Positions 28,205-41,343 of a stretch of DNA of 64,000 nt are shown piece after piece (within the stretch, counting starts at the first letter, position 1; every line of letters begins with the position of its first letter). The translations under genes and the position numbers were made by a program. Location: NCBI RefSeq assembly GCF_009914755.1, contig NC_060944.1; one strand, 5' to 3'. Under the pieces are notes generated by a model. That model was not told the origin of the DNA. It was given only the letters and a program-made list of their open reading frames with translations, and ran no database searches. The stretch is from the human T2T-CHM13v2.0 reference genome, Homo sapiens.

Positions 28205-29658
28205 AACCCATTGCCTGACTTTAAATTATACTGCAAGGCTATAGTAACGAAAACAGCATGATGGTGGTACAAAAATAGATACATTGATCAATGAAACAGA
28301 ATAGAGAATCCAGAAATAAACCCACATACCTAGAACCAACCAATCTTCAATAAAGTCAACACAAATAAACAATGGGGAGAGGACACATTATTCAATACAT
28401 GATGCTTGGAAAACTCACTAGCCATATGCAGAAGAATGAAACTGGATCCCTATCTCTCACCATATACAAAAATTAACTCAAGATGGATTAAAGACCTAAA
28501 TATAAGATCTGAAGCTATAAAAATCCTAGAAGACAACCTAGAAAAAACTCTTCTGAATATTGGCCTAGGCAAAAAATTTATGAGGAAGACCCCAAAAGTA
28601 ATTGCAACAGAAACAAAAATAGACTTGGGACTTAATCAAATGGGACTTCATCAAACTAAAAAGCTTCTGCTTAGCAAAAGAAGTAACCAACAGAACAAAC
28701 AATCTACAGAATGGGAGAAAATATTTATATTAATAAATTATAGTTACAACAAAGAATTAACATCCCAAATCTATAAGGGACTCAAAACAACTCAACAAGA
28801 AAAAATAACCCCACTAAAAACTGGGCATGAGACATGAACAGTATTTCTGAAAAGAAGAAACACAAGTGGCCAATAAACACATGAAAAAATGTTCAACATC
28901 ACTAATCATAAGAGAAATGCAAATTAAAGCCACACTGAGATACCATCTTACACCAGTCAGAATGGCTTTTATTAAAAAGTCAAAAAACAACATATGTTGC
29001 CATGGGTGTGGAGAAAAGGGAACACACATATACTATCAGTAGGAATGTAAACTTGCTCAACCTCTATGGAAAGCAGTATGGAAATATCACAAAGAACTAA
29101 AAATAGAACTACCTTTCTTCTCAGCAATCCTGCTGCTGAGTCTCTACCCAGAGAAAAAGAAATTACATAAAAAGTACACCTGTAGTCCTATGTTGACTGC
29201 AGCCCTATTTACAATAGCAGAGTCATAGAACTGACCTAAGTATTCACCAACAGTTGATTAGATGAAGAAATTGTGATATGTACACACCATGGAATGCTAT
29301 GCAGCTACAAAATAGAATGAAATAATGCCTTTGCAGCAACATGGATGGATCTGGAGGCCATTATCCTAAGTGAACCAACATAAAAACAGAAAATCAGTAT
29401 TATGTGTTCTCATATATAAGTGGGAGCTAAATAAAGGGTACATGTGGACATAAAGATAGGAAAAAAATGACTGTTGACTTGAAAGGGAAGAAAGGAGGAG
29501 GCAGGGAGGGTTGAAAAATTGCCTGTTGGGTGCAATGTCCCATATTTGGGCCATGGGTACACTAGAAGCCCAACCCGCACCATTAAGTATGTAATACCAA
29601 TGTAACATATAAGCACATGTACCCCCTAAATCTAAAATAAAAATATATTTTTAAAAAA
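28205..29658 (+). mobile_element. 5'-truncated L1PB-like (ORF2 C-terminus plus 3'UTR)
   Basis: ORF 28406-28837 LAICRRMKLDPYLSPYTKINSRWIKDLN matches L1 ORF2p; 3' end CATGTACCCCCTAAATCTAAAATAA. Stops and frameshifts show it is dead. Confidence 0.95.
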
Positions 29659-31144
29659 GCTAATTCTAGTTAAATTACTGGGCTTGAAAAAAATAAACAA
29701 TCATTCTGACATCTAGGCAGAAAGACAAAAGACTTACAAAACAAGACTATTAGACTTCTATCAGACTTCTCAATGGCAATGTTTTATGCCAGAAATAAAG
29801 ATATAGAATAACATATTTAAAATACTGAAGGGGAATAAATGAGCCAAAGAGTTTGTGTGCATCCAAACAAACTAACTTTCATTTGTAAAGGCTACAGACA
29901 AACTTCCCTCACTTTCAAGAAGTCAAGTAATGTTTCCATGCACTCTTGCTGAGAAATCTACTAGAAAACAATCTTCAGTAAAGTAAAATTATTTTATTTA
30001 AGATATGAAAATAAGAATTGATGGTAAGCATTAAATGTATCATTCCACTTATACCTAAATTTTAAGAATAGTTGAAGAATGCATAATATACAATCATTAT
30101 AAGCACTGACAATACAAAGTACCACAATTTTCAGAAATGAGGAAAGAATGAGGGAATAAGCTCAAAAAACTATTTAATGATTGCAGTTATCATATGGGTG
30201 GAGTAATATGGATATTGTTATTCTGAGACTATTGTGTGTATCATGTGATATAAAGCCAAGCAGTAATTATGCAATATTCCAATTCTATCATCCCCTCACT
30301 TCTTGAGAACCAGGATTACTTGTGTGAAATAAATGACATATAGAAGTAACCTAGAAAGGTGAATTACAATAATCAAAATGAACTCATAACTTTAAAAAAG
30401 TTTGTGACATTTATAAAAATTAAAATTAATTTCATAATTATATATAATATATTTAACATTAGTGTACGATCGTTCTGTCCACTGAAAAGTCCTAGAAATT
30501 AAAGAAACCAGCAGCACACAAATATTCATGTTGTCTACAAATATAGACAGTTTTAATTCTTCCTTTTCAATTCTTATCTCACATTGCCACACAGGGTAAG
30601 GCCTACATTATCAATGTTAAATAAAAGTGGGAAAGCAGGCCTCATTGTCAATATCTCAATCTTAGAATCATAGAAAGATTTTCGCAAGTTACCATTAAGT
30701 ATGAGGTTTCCCTAAATTTTCTGTGAGGCAATAATTTTTAACCCATATTTTCACTTAGCAATATCACTGTACTTTTTGCTTTAAAAGATGATAAAATTCT
30801 CACTACTAACCTTCTTGTCATCTCATTTCTCCAACCCTCTATTTTTGTTAAATATATTATTCTTTGAATAATGCCAAAGTTTATAGCATTAAATTGTGTG
30901 CCATAACGCTAATTTTTAAGATTATTTTGCTTTAGTTCAGGTTTAAGTTGACTCATTACTAATCACCTTGTATTTATTTTGAATTCAGTACCCTTTGTTT
31001 TCAATTCATATTTGTCTCATGATTGCCTTGATTTTGTCATTGATATTTTCCAAAGGAGACCAATGGATGTTCTATTTTTTGAGTTATTTTGTATTTGAAA
31101 TGTATATATGTTGCTTTTATACATTAATTGTGATATTCTTTGGT

Positions 31145-31560
31145 CTGGAAATGTGTCAGTAAATGTTTAACAACTAGCTCTCTGAAGGAACAAAAAGACC
31201 AGATTTTAGCACTGGCAGTTTTCCTGAGACAAATGATTTCATCATGGCTGATTCCAAGCTATCAACATGGTGCCACTGAAAGTAAACGGAAAGAGATGCT
31301 TGGGAGCACACTATCACGTAATATTTTGCAGTATCTCCACTGTATAGACATAATAGACATAAGTAACTGCAAAATCATGTATAATCATAAAATGTAGTAA
31401 AATAATTAGGAAGTAATGAGTCAAGCATTTATTACTTCTGTTTTTTAAAAATAATGTATTTCATTACAAGTTTCTATAATTTAGTTTTAAATAATGGTTC
31501 TGTTTAACTTTTGTCTGATGATACTCCTAAAACTTTAACAAGCTGGGTCCAACAACTTTG
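31145..31560. mobile_element. MER63B-like hAT-Blackjack element
   Basis: GTAAATGTTTAACAAC...CATGGCTGATTCCAAGCTATCAACATG...AAAATGTAGTAAAATAATTAGGAAGT. Confidence 0.8.
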
Positions 31561-31659
31561 TCATACCTTATTTACTTTAGAACGATGCTGACAATGTGCT
31601 TTTATATTCATGCATTAAATGTTGCTGTAGAAACTTCCGAAGCTAACTTTTTGCAACAT

Positions 31660-33520
31660 GAGAACTGAACTGATGAACTTTGCCCCACTTCGTACTTTAA
31701 GCACATAGAAATTCTGGATAAAATGGCAAATATTAAATAAATCAAAATAAGACAAGATAAATCTCCATGTGTGAGAAAGGAAAAATGAAATCAATGCCAG
31801 AGCAATAATTTGAAACTGATTCAGTGACAGCTCTCAGGTGTTAGAGGAGGCATGGATTATAGAGCTGGGTGCTGAGAGTCTAAAGTCCATTCAGGGAGAA
31901 GCAGCTGAAATGGAAATGGATTAGAAAATCTCTGTCCGTCATCTCAGAAAAATAGTGAGTATTAGGTCTTAGGTTTTGGATGACGGGAAGGAAAATTACT
32001 GGCACAAAAGAAAAACTCCAGACCCACACCACTGATAGACATTTGAATTCGCTGAATAGTACATTACCAATAAACTCAGAAACTAACCAAAAGCTAGTGT
32101 GGAATATTGAAATCCCTGAGTTTCCACTGGGAACTCTCTCATCATAAACAATCATGAAACCATGTGGTGGCAACTTTTTATAAGGCAAGACGGAATAATT
32201 AATTCCTTCTGAAGATGAACAAGGTATGAAAAAGAAGAAAGCAATAAGGAAAAGATTGATGAGATCCAAAGGGCCAGATGACCCAACAAAAAGAAAAATT
32301 AACAACCCAAGAACTAGAAGTAATGGAATAATATGGAAATATTCAAATACCAAAGATGAATAAGAGCACTGGATATAATTTTAAGATAACAGACCCTATT
32401 GAAAAGAATAGGTGAATTCAAAAGGGAACCAATTAGAATTTCTAGAAACAAATAATAAATAGTTCACTAGACATTAAAAAATGAATAAGTGGATTAAAGA
32501 GGAGGGTAGATGCAGCTGAAAAGAAAACATATAAGGTGGAAAATGGAGAATAAAAAGTATTTTCAAAACCACATGGGACATTTATAAAAGATTTTCCAAC
32601 AAATACCAAAATAACCAGTACCATAAATCACCTTCTCTGATAACAGTGTAATTAAATAAGAAATAAATGTTCAAGAACTGAAAACAATTCACATAATTTT
32701 TATAGGTTTAAATAAAAGTATCAAAAAAAGAAACCAGAATGGAAATTGTGAAATAGTTGAATTTAAATGACAATGAAGGTAGCACAGATGAAATCTATAC
32801 AAAGTAGCTAGAGCAGTGTTGGAGGGAAGTGAAGAGCTTTGAAGACAAATATTAGAAAGATAGGCCTGTGATCCCACGCTTTGGGAGGCCAAGGTGGGCA
32901 GATCGCCTGAGGTCAGGAATTCAAGACCAGTCTAGTCAACATGGTAAAGCCCCATCTCCACTAAAAACACAAAATTAGCCAGGCGTGGTGGTACATGCCT
33001 ATAATCCCAGCTACTCAGGGGCTGAAGCAGGAGAATGGCTTGAACCTGGGAGGCAGAGGTTGCAGGTTGCAGTGAGCTGAGATCGTGCCACTGAACTCCA
33101 GCCTGGGTGACAGAGCAAGCCACTGTCTCAGAGAAAAAAAAAAAAAAAAAAAAAAAGAAAGAAAGAAAAGAAAAGAAAGAAAGATAGGTGGAAAAGTCAT
33201 GAGCTAAATGTTCAGTGCAATAAATTATAAGAGTACGTTGAAACTAAAGAAAATACAAAGTTGGAATAATGAAAATCAGAGAAGTTAAAGAAATAGAAAA
33301 ATAAAACAAGATGAACAGAATTAAAGGCTAAATCTCTAAATGATCAATAAAACAGAAAAAGGTCTATCAAAACTGATGAAACAAACAAAATTAAGACACT
33401 AATAAACATGTTAAAAAACAAAAAGACATACATACATCGCAGAAACTTAAAAAGAATATTTTGAATAACTTGAATTCAATAATCTTGAAAAGTTATATAA
33501 AATGAACAACTTATTTTATT
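31660..33520 (+). mobile_element. Old L1M sense fragments
   Basis: A-rich L1-like sequence (GAAATTCTGGATAAAAT; TTCTCTGATAACAGTGTAATTAAAT; GATCAATAAAACAGAAAAA). Confidence 0.65.
32864..33180 (+). mobile_element. 5'-truncated AluSx-like SINE
   Basis: Begins at GCCTGTGATCCC; TSD AGAAAGATAGG at 32854-32864 and 33178-33188; internal GGTTGCA duplication. Confidence 0.95.
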
Positions 33521-33534
33521 TTACTTTCTTCATA

Positions 33535-33700
33535 AGAAAAAGAATGTAAAACTATCTCATTTATTTTTTATAGTGATTACATATTAAAATGTCAAAATGG
33601 CAATATTTAGGACATACTGGGTAAAATAAAATATTAAAGTTAAATTAACTTGTTTCTTTGAACTTTGTATAACGTAGCTGCTAGAAAAGTGTAAATTACA
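33535..33700. mobile_element. MER33-like hAT fragment
   Basis: GATTACATATTAAAATG...GGGTAAAATAAAATATTAAAGTTAA...GTAGCTGCTAGAAAA. Confidence 0.65.
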
Positions 33701-33929
33701 CTGAACAACTTAAATTTTCAATATAATTACAAGAAATATGAATTTCAGTTGATTTTAGAGATGAGTCTCCTTTAAATAATAACGAATCTATAGATTATAT
33801 GATCTGTTCTAGTCATAGAAACAAATTTGTTAAAAAATGAGGAAACACTTCCTAAAATCTTTTTATAAGACAGATAACTTCAAAACGAAAAATTGACAAG
33901 AAAAACACAAGAAAACATATTAAAATAAT

Positions 33930-34180
33930 GACAGTAGGAGTAATAATAACTTAAAGTGATTTAGCTCCAGACACTTTCAGAAGTGATTTATACATTTACA
34001 TGTTCCTCATAATAAATCTATGATTTAGGTAACATGGTTGTCCTCATGTTACAGAAGAGGAAACCGTGGCAGAAACGTGGTGACTAATCTCCCCTAAGTC
34101 ACACAGATAGTACCCTGTGTACACACTCAAAAGTGAACCAAACAGTCTTGCTTGGGATCCTCTGCTCTTAATCATTCACT
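33930..34180 (-). mobile_element. MIR SINE
   Basis: TTACAGAAGAGGAAACCGTGGC...CCCTAAGTCACACAG. Confidence 0.75.
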
Positions 34181-34269
34181 TCAAATTTTTTAACAAAACA
34201 TTAGCAAACCAAAGGTAACGATGTATTTTTAGCACAAAATGATAATGTAAGGTTGAGAGAGACATTCAG

Positions 34270-35012
34270 AGTATTTCTTCTTAGTCACCAATTCACATTC
34301 CTAGCATATGCAATCTCCAGTCCATTGTTAGGTGCCCATAAGATTTTACAAATTGACAAACATATCTTCTTTCTCCCAAAACTGTTCAATCTCAGATTTG
34401 TTCCTTTTCCATCCATTTCTGTCTGGCTATATAGGCATAATACTTGATGGTCACACCATCCCCTTCCCACCCCCCATCGTACTTAAAACCATTCAATGAT
34501 TTCCCATTGTTTTTAACATAATGTGCAAATCTCTCATCACGGCCTCCAAGATTTGTTCACAGCTGACCTCTCTAGCTTCTTCTAGAATCATATTCTTTCT
34601 GGCTTTCTGTACTTCAGCCACACTGGCCATCTAGAACTTGACCCTGTGCATTTGCTCATGCTGTTCTCTTGCAAAGAACTCCCCACTCCTCCCTTTTTCT
34701 AGCTGTCTTCCACTCTTGAAGGTCTCACCTCAATATCACTTCTCAAGGGAACTCTCCACTGAGCTTCCCACCTCCTAAGACTAGGTCAGTTTCCCTCGTC
34801 TAAATTCTCACAGCACTCTATCCCTTTTCTTGGTAGCATTATGCATACGTGTAAATTCACATCTATTTGTGGGATCATTTCATTTATTTTTCTCTTCCCC
34901 AACTAGAATGCAGGAGAACAAGGCCCATAGCCCACATACTTTCTTTCTAGCATTGATTAAACACTAGTTAAACACCAGTGTTTAATGCAATACTTTCACT
35001 TTGTTGGAATAA
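34270..35012 (+). mobile_element. L2 LINE 3' region
   Basis: CCATTCAATGATTTCCCATTG...CAGCCACACTGGCC...CCCCAACTAGAATG. Confidence 0.75.
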
Positions 35013-35049
35013 TTTAAGAATTATTAAGAGAGGAGAAGAAAGGAGTGGT

Positions 35050-35500
35050 AAGTTATTTGAAAAAGATAGCTGCAATTATTATTCTCCATGTATCCATGCC
35101 CCTTGCACCTCCTCCCATCAAGAGATAGGATGTATTTGCCAACCCCCTTGTGATGTCCTTTCCTCAATGGAATGCAGCAGAGGCAATAATGGCGTAGTGG
35201 CATTGGTGCTATTTACTCATCTAGGCCAGAAGAGATCCTGTGAACTTCTGCTGTCAGTGTTGAATGATTATGACCAAGGATAGCCTAATGGGGGATGCAC
35301 AACCACAGAGAGACGCCCAAGCCTAGACCATCCTAGACTAGTCAGCCTCCTACCAACCTTCTGGCTGACCTCTGACACATAAGCAAAGCCAGCTGATATC
35401 AACCAATGGAGACTGGCCTACAAAATCAGAACTGTCCCACTAATCCCTAGACTCAAGAGCAATAATACATGGAGTATTTTTAAGCCACCAAGTTTTGGGG
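35050..35500 (+). mobile_element. MLT1 (F/G/H-like) LTR
   Basis: CTCCTCCCATCAAGAGAT...AATGGAATGCAGCAGAGG...TTTTAAGCCACCAAGTTTTGGGGT. Confidence 0.75.
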
Positions 35501-36924
35501 TAAAGAAAAAAGGAAGAAAACTTAAGAGGGAAAAATGGAGAAAAAGATATAAAGGTGTGTGTGTGTGTGGATAAAGATTCAATGTTTAGCTGCAGAAAAA
35601 AATGAGTTCGCCCAAGAAGTTATGCAAAGAGAGGTCTAGGTTCAAATTAAGGCTAGACTTAATAAAGAGCTGAGTCTTCAAAAAAAAAAAAAAGAAATGG
35701 AATGAAATCCTTGTTGTGCACCATCCAATGTTATGAATAAAAAACAACAACATGGGATTTTGGAGCTAGAGTTTTAAATCCCAGTTTACTAGTACTAAGT
35801 ATCTAGATAATGTTCTTATCTAAGTGTGTACAATGCAGCCAATAGCTACTACTCTGCCTCCTGCTTTGGGAGGGCATGGTGATACTGATGAGACTATAGT
35901 TCTCTCGCTACAAGACCTGCCAGTAAATTCTCCACTCACAGGTGAATTCTGGACTCACTTACCGCTCAGACTTGGGCTGACGTTTCTCAATTAGGGCCCC
36001 AGATGTCCCTGTGCCCGTGGGATCTCAGATTATCCCTAGACTGTACCACAGATATCCACTGACATGAATTATCACAGTCTTTCTAACCAGCTGAGGTTGG
36101 AGCCTGACCTTGAATTTATTCTCTCTGGACAGGACTCTCACTCCCATCTGCCTCTTCCAAGCAGTCCTTATATGAATGAGACCTTGAGCCTCATTGCACG
36201 TGAACTGCCATCTTTATTCTCACTTCAATCTATTTAGCCTTCCTTGAGCTAGATACCAGCACCATCTTACCTATGAACCCAGACTCTACTCAAATATGTC
36301 ACTCACGATTCGGCTGGATGCTCTGAACAACAAAGTTAGACCCCACTGATGTTCATTACCCTGAAATGGATGTGATGATTGGGGTTGTCTCCTGTCACCC
36401 TTTGGAGTCCAGCCCTACATCAAGTCTGTTCCCGTAACCCCACCTCTGACAATCACTAATAGACCTTTGAGTCTCTTTCTGTAGTCGAGAGGTCCTAGTA
36501 CATCTCATGAGAAGGTCCCCGAGGGTTAGGCCACGGACATTGTTTAAAAATATATAAATTATAAAGTACTCTACAAGGACTTAGTGTTACCATCATAATT
36601 ATCTCATGATGATCCAGTTCTTGCTGCCAGAGATGCTGCTATGTAGAGGAATGATTTGAGATGGAGACTGGACTTCTAAGTGCCTTCCATGTTTAATCAT
36701 CCGAAGTCCTGCAGATGCACTGAATTCCATTTTAAAATTAACAGAATTAGGCAAATTAGGCAAAATCCTATTTTCTACATGAATTTCAAGTATTGTTTGA
36801 TTTAAACCTTTCTCTTTTCACCACACTCTTTTAATCTAAGTGGTAGCAGTAAAAAGATGACCCAACTAAAGTTTTGCCAGGTGGGTAGGTCTAGACTCAT
36901 CAAAATAAAAATGAGCAAACAAAA

Positions 36925-37142
36925 ACGAGGACTTGCTTTGTGTCAGACAGGTTTCTAAGTGCTTGATGCTACTCATTTATTCTCACGACAAATGTATGAG
37001 ATAAGGGCTATGATTATCCCCATTTCACAGATGAGTAAGGCAAGGCATGAAGAGGTTAAGTAGCTTACCCAAGGTCACAGGGCCAGCAAATAGGAGGGCA
37101 GGAAGTAAGCCCTGAAAACGTAATCCAGGGATCTAGGCTCTA
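36925..37142 (-). mobile_element. MIR SINE
   Basis: CCCATTTCACAGATGAG...GAGGTTAAGTAGCTTACCCAAGGTCACAG. Confidence 0.85.
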
Positions 37143-37359
37143 AAACCCTACATCTTCCATGTGGATGCACAAGTCGCTGCTTCCCCAGTGCCCCCACCTG
37201 GTATTACAGAGATAAAATACAGCTTGGTTTCCAGGCCGACTCTCCCTCCAAGTCAGAAACTCCCATCTCTGGTGCACATGAACCGGGATTTTCCAGTTGT
37301 GCTTGGCGCTGGCTCCCTGGAGAGAATGTAGCAAATTGGGAAGGCTAGAACTATCTCCT

Positions 37360-38570
37360 GCCCAGTCCTGCTAATTAAACTCCTCCAACTGACACTTTTT
37401 GGCTGGTTCCAAAAGGATATTATTTTTAGCACGTGAGGGTTAAAGGGGAAGGGAAGTGTGCTAGATTCAGGTTGTTAGAGAGGGGGAGAAAGAGAAAGGA
37501 GCTCGGAGGGATGCATTATGATTACGACTCGTTTTAATAATAAGATGGAGAAAATTGGGAGTCTGGGCCGGTCTCAAGGCCTTAAGGAAGGCTCCTAAAC
37601 TCTGTCAACCTCCTTAATGGTTCTGCCACATTTAAATGGGTGGAATATTTCTCTACTCACACAGTCCCAATGGGCCTGCAATTGCAGATTTTAGAAGTAT
37701 CCAGTTTATTTTATTATTATTATTATTATTACTATTTCCTGGAATGAAAAGAAGAGTAATGCTTTGCAGGCTGGGGTGAAAGGAGCATTCCATCTTCCCC
37801 ACCCCTTTTTCTTGCAAGGCTCTTTGACAGCCACACCCTGGCCTACCCTAAGAGGTAACAAATGATGTACTAACATGACCCTGATTAGGAAGCTGGGAGG
37901 TTAATCTGCAGGGCTCCTTCTGATAAAGACCAGGCCAGACCATGCACAGCTCGGCCGATTGATAAACTCTGGGCCTGCATAACCACAGGAGCCCATCTGA
38001 GGTGTAGTGTGTGCAGTTCTGCCTCCCAGGACTCCATCTATCTACGTCAGTTTCACACACTCACCCACTGCCTCCTTCCTTCTCCCCTCCCTCTCTGCTT
38101 CTGTTCCAGTGATTAAAGACGCAAGATCCCTAGCTATTTACCCGCAGTTCTGTAAGCTGTCGAAACCCAGGGGACACAGCCCTGTTAAGCTGAAGCATGA
38201 AACCTTGCACCTCTGTGATACAAACCATGAAATCCTTAAAACTCAATTCACAGGAAAAAGAACTTTTCTCTTGGTCCCGCTCTTCATGTGATTAATAGAT
38301 GTCATTGTTTAGTCTGACAGCAAAGGCTCCATTGTGTGACAAGCTAACAGTTTTGCTCCTGGACAGAGCAAAGAGAGAAAATGCCCATGACACTGGGAAG
38401 ATCATTTTTTTCAGGACTCAATGCAATGCCATTTTTTTAAAGAGCACACTGATGGAAATTTCAGCATATGCAATAAACATATACTGTAGAACTGAATTAA
38501 TCTGCTTGTACTGAAGGGCAACTAGTGTGCATTGTAAGGGTGACTGGTAATTAAGTGTACTAATTGAGAG
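37360..38570. promoter_or_regulatory. Candidate developmental enhancer (repeat-free, motif-rich)
   Basis: TAATTA at 37372, CACGTG at 37430, GATAA x2 at ~37920-37965, CATTGT x3, TGACAG, TAATTAAGTGTACTAATTG at 38548-38566. Motif inference only. Confidence 0.4.
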
Positions 38571-38574
38571 GAGG

Positions 38575-38800
38575 TAAGAGCCAGACCTGGATTTGAATCT
38601 CTGCTCACCCACTTACTGCCTAAATGACCTTAGGCAAGTGGTGTCTCCCTTTAAGACATAGATCCATCCTTGTAAAACGAGATTAATAACAGTTACGTCA
38701 TAAAGTTGTATCCAGGATGCCATGAGATGATTCTGTTAATGCTCTCAGCACAGTGCCTGGTGCAGAATGAGTCCTTCCCTAATATTAGCGGTCATTATTA
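38575..38800 (+). mobile_element. MIR SINE
   Basis: GAGCCAGACCTGGATTTGAATC...TGACCTTAGGCAAGT...CAGCACAGTGCCTGG. Confidence 0.85.
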
Positions 38801-39222
38801 GGTCAGCCATGAACATAAAGAACAGGGAGAGACCTGGGGCAAGACCAAATCCACAGCATCATCTTTGGCATGAAGTAGGTTTTACTTTTCAAGCCTCAAT
38901 AAACTGGCTGCTTCTAATAATCAATGGGTACAGAACACATAGCAGTTGTCATCAGTCCAGAGCAATTGCTCATTGTGATACCAAACTCCTCCTTCAATTA
39001 GCAACTGTTTATTTAAAATATGCTCCCCCAAAAAAGTAAAGTCTCTCATTTTGGAGACACATTCTAGAGACTGTAATAACTTGGATTTTAATACTGGGAG
39101 TTGATTAACATGTGATACATTTTACAGTAAACTAAATAAGGGTTTTACTCATCTATGCCTCCTAAGAGAATGGGAAAAAATGCTTTGACTTGAACATTTT
39201 GAATGATGCTAAATCAAACATA

Positions 39223-39454
39223 TAGTGATCCTTAATCTTGGGTAACTTTGCCCACCCACCCATTCTCCTGGAACATTTGACAATATTTGGAGACATTTTT
39301 GGTTATCACAACGAGGGTGAGGGGAGTTGCCACTGGTATCTAGTGGGCAGAGGCCAGGGACTCTGCTAAACATCCTATAAATGCGAAGGATGGCCCCCAC
39401 CACAAAGCATCATCCAATTCTAAATGACACTACTGCTTAGGGTGAAAAACCCTG
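39223..39454 (+). mobile_element. MER20 hAT-Charlie MITE
   Basis: ACATTTGACAATATTTGGAGACATTTTTGGTTATCAC...ATCTAGTGGGCAGAGGCCAGGGA...GCTAAACATCCTA...AAACCCTG. Confidence 0.9.
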
Positions 39455-41141
39455 GCCTAATCAAACCTGTAGGGTGGTGGGAGAAAACTAGATATTGTAA
39501 TTGAATATTTAATGAAATCTTAATGTGTGAGGGAATTTGCCTAGAATTTAAATTACTGCCTTGAATTGAAACGAATTTCACCTAATAACTCATTTGCGAA
39601 TTATTTGTAAACACTGTAGTTTCTGCTTTTATCTTTTGTATTTAAAAAAAGTTTGCCAATTATGAAATACTGTGATCTTCCAGATTGTCATTGTTTCAAA
39701 AGCTGCTCAAGGTGGTTCTTTTAATTTAGTCTTTTGCAAAAGCCAAGAGAGTCAGAAGCTGAGCTAATGCTGTCTCCATCATTCATGATGAAAATTGTCC
39801 CCGCAAGCACTTTCCCCTGTTCCCCCCACCAAAAAGAAAAGAAACTCATTGCAAAGATTTCACTTACCTTACCTTCAATGTAAAGATTTTCCTCCTCTAA
39901 ATTCTCCATGAGCATGGTTCCTAATCCGAGGATAGGATTTCCCCAATGGCTGAGATGGTGGAAATCAAAACATTCGAAAATATAAGGAACCAGATATAGG
40001 TCCCACTCACTGTTTAGTTTTCTTTGCCTTTCATGCCCACAGAATACAGCATTGCCCATCTGAGAAAGTCATTAGTGAGAGAAGAGCTTTTATAAGCTCT
40101 TCCTTGAAAATGGGGCATGCTTGCTGTTTTTGGAAAATATCAGCCTGGAAGAGATAAAGTTCCGTAGAGGGCAAAGCTATCAAAGCCAAAATCACACGAT
40201 TCTTTGATTTCAGAGGCCCTTGCTTAGAATTTGGCACTGCCCCACCTCCATTTCCCCCTCTATTCCCATGGATCAACCAAAGCCATAACACAGCCCTGGG
40301 AGCCCAGAGAGGACTATAGTAAAAGTAGTATTTATTAAATGTGAGTTATGAGCCAGGAACTGTGCAAGGTGCTTTAGAGACATTAGTTCCTCCAGAGGAA
40401 TTTCAGAAGCCACAACTAGGTTAGTGTAAAAACAATTTTTTTAAGGGTTTGAGTAGATTCTTGTTTAAACTAACACAAGCCTAAATCCAGATTAATAAAT
40501 ATACTTTTAAAAAATGTCAACGCAGCCATGGAGTTACCGTCTTACTGACACACTCTTCATTGCCTCTTTCCTTCTTCACAAGGCTGTGATTTCCTTGGAG
40601 CATGGCCTCTTAAAGGCAAGTGATTTATCTGCATCTACTTATCCCTATACCTAGAGGAATACCTGGTTTAGAGTAGGTCCTCATTGGTTCCTGCTGAATT
40701 ATTGTATTTTAATCCCAACATAAGTGAATGTTTTGCATGCTCCCTGGAACATAATAGAAACTCTTAATATATAATATACTAAATTGAATTTATCCACAAT
40801 ACAACGAGTCTAAAAACAGCTATACTATAGAGTGGGTGCCAAAATACAAGTGGACTAACCTTAAGGACAGTGCCTTAGGGTGGTACTTGTGAATATAAAA
40901 GACTCACTTATGTTTACTAGCATGGCACTGGGACAGGGAAGAGCCTCTTAGAGTGCAGAAGCTATATATTTGCACAGAAATCCAGCCAAGGTTTGCAAGC
41001 AGTGGTGTCTCTACTCTGAGAAGCAGTGTGGGCTGCAGTATGATGGCTACTGTGGAGCCCTGCACTCCACCTGACCTGTGTGTGACCCTTAAACCTGACA
41101 CCTCAGTACTCAGCTGAGAGGAGACCTGGGGGATGTGGACA

Positions 41142-41343
41142 AGCAGCACCCAGCACAACCAGGTATGTGTGATGGGAGGCATGGCTCAGCTGAATGGATG
41201 ACCCAGCATCAGGCTCAATCCTGCTGAAGAGGCAGAGAAGATAGTGTTAGGACTATTGAGAATGAACATTTCAAAAGAGAGCAAGAGTGTATGCTCTCTG
41301 CAAATCCAAAGAGCTTTCTGCCATTGATGAACGTAGTAGGCAG
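41142..41343 (+). repeat. 202-bp dispersed direct repeat, copy 1
   Basis: Aligns without gaps to 43616-43817; 19 mismatches by my manual count. Confidence 0.95.

Larger units (their letters stand above)
26620..30360 (+). mobile_element. Old L1M/HAL1-like 5'UTR-ORF1 element hosting nested insertions
   Basis: A-rich ORF1-like sequence at 27700-28180, resuming at 29660 (ATCAGACTTCTCAATGGCAA; CTTGAGAACCAGGATT). Confidence 0.65.

Noticed and set aside
28406-28837. 143-aa ORF as a gene
   Set aside because: Degenerate L1 ORF2p C-terminal fragment with frameshifts.
31880-32353. 157-aa hydrophobic ORF on the - strand
   Set aside because: Antisense of A-rich L1 sequence gives spurious Phe/Leu/Ile-rich peptides.
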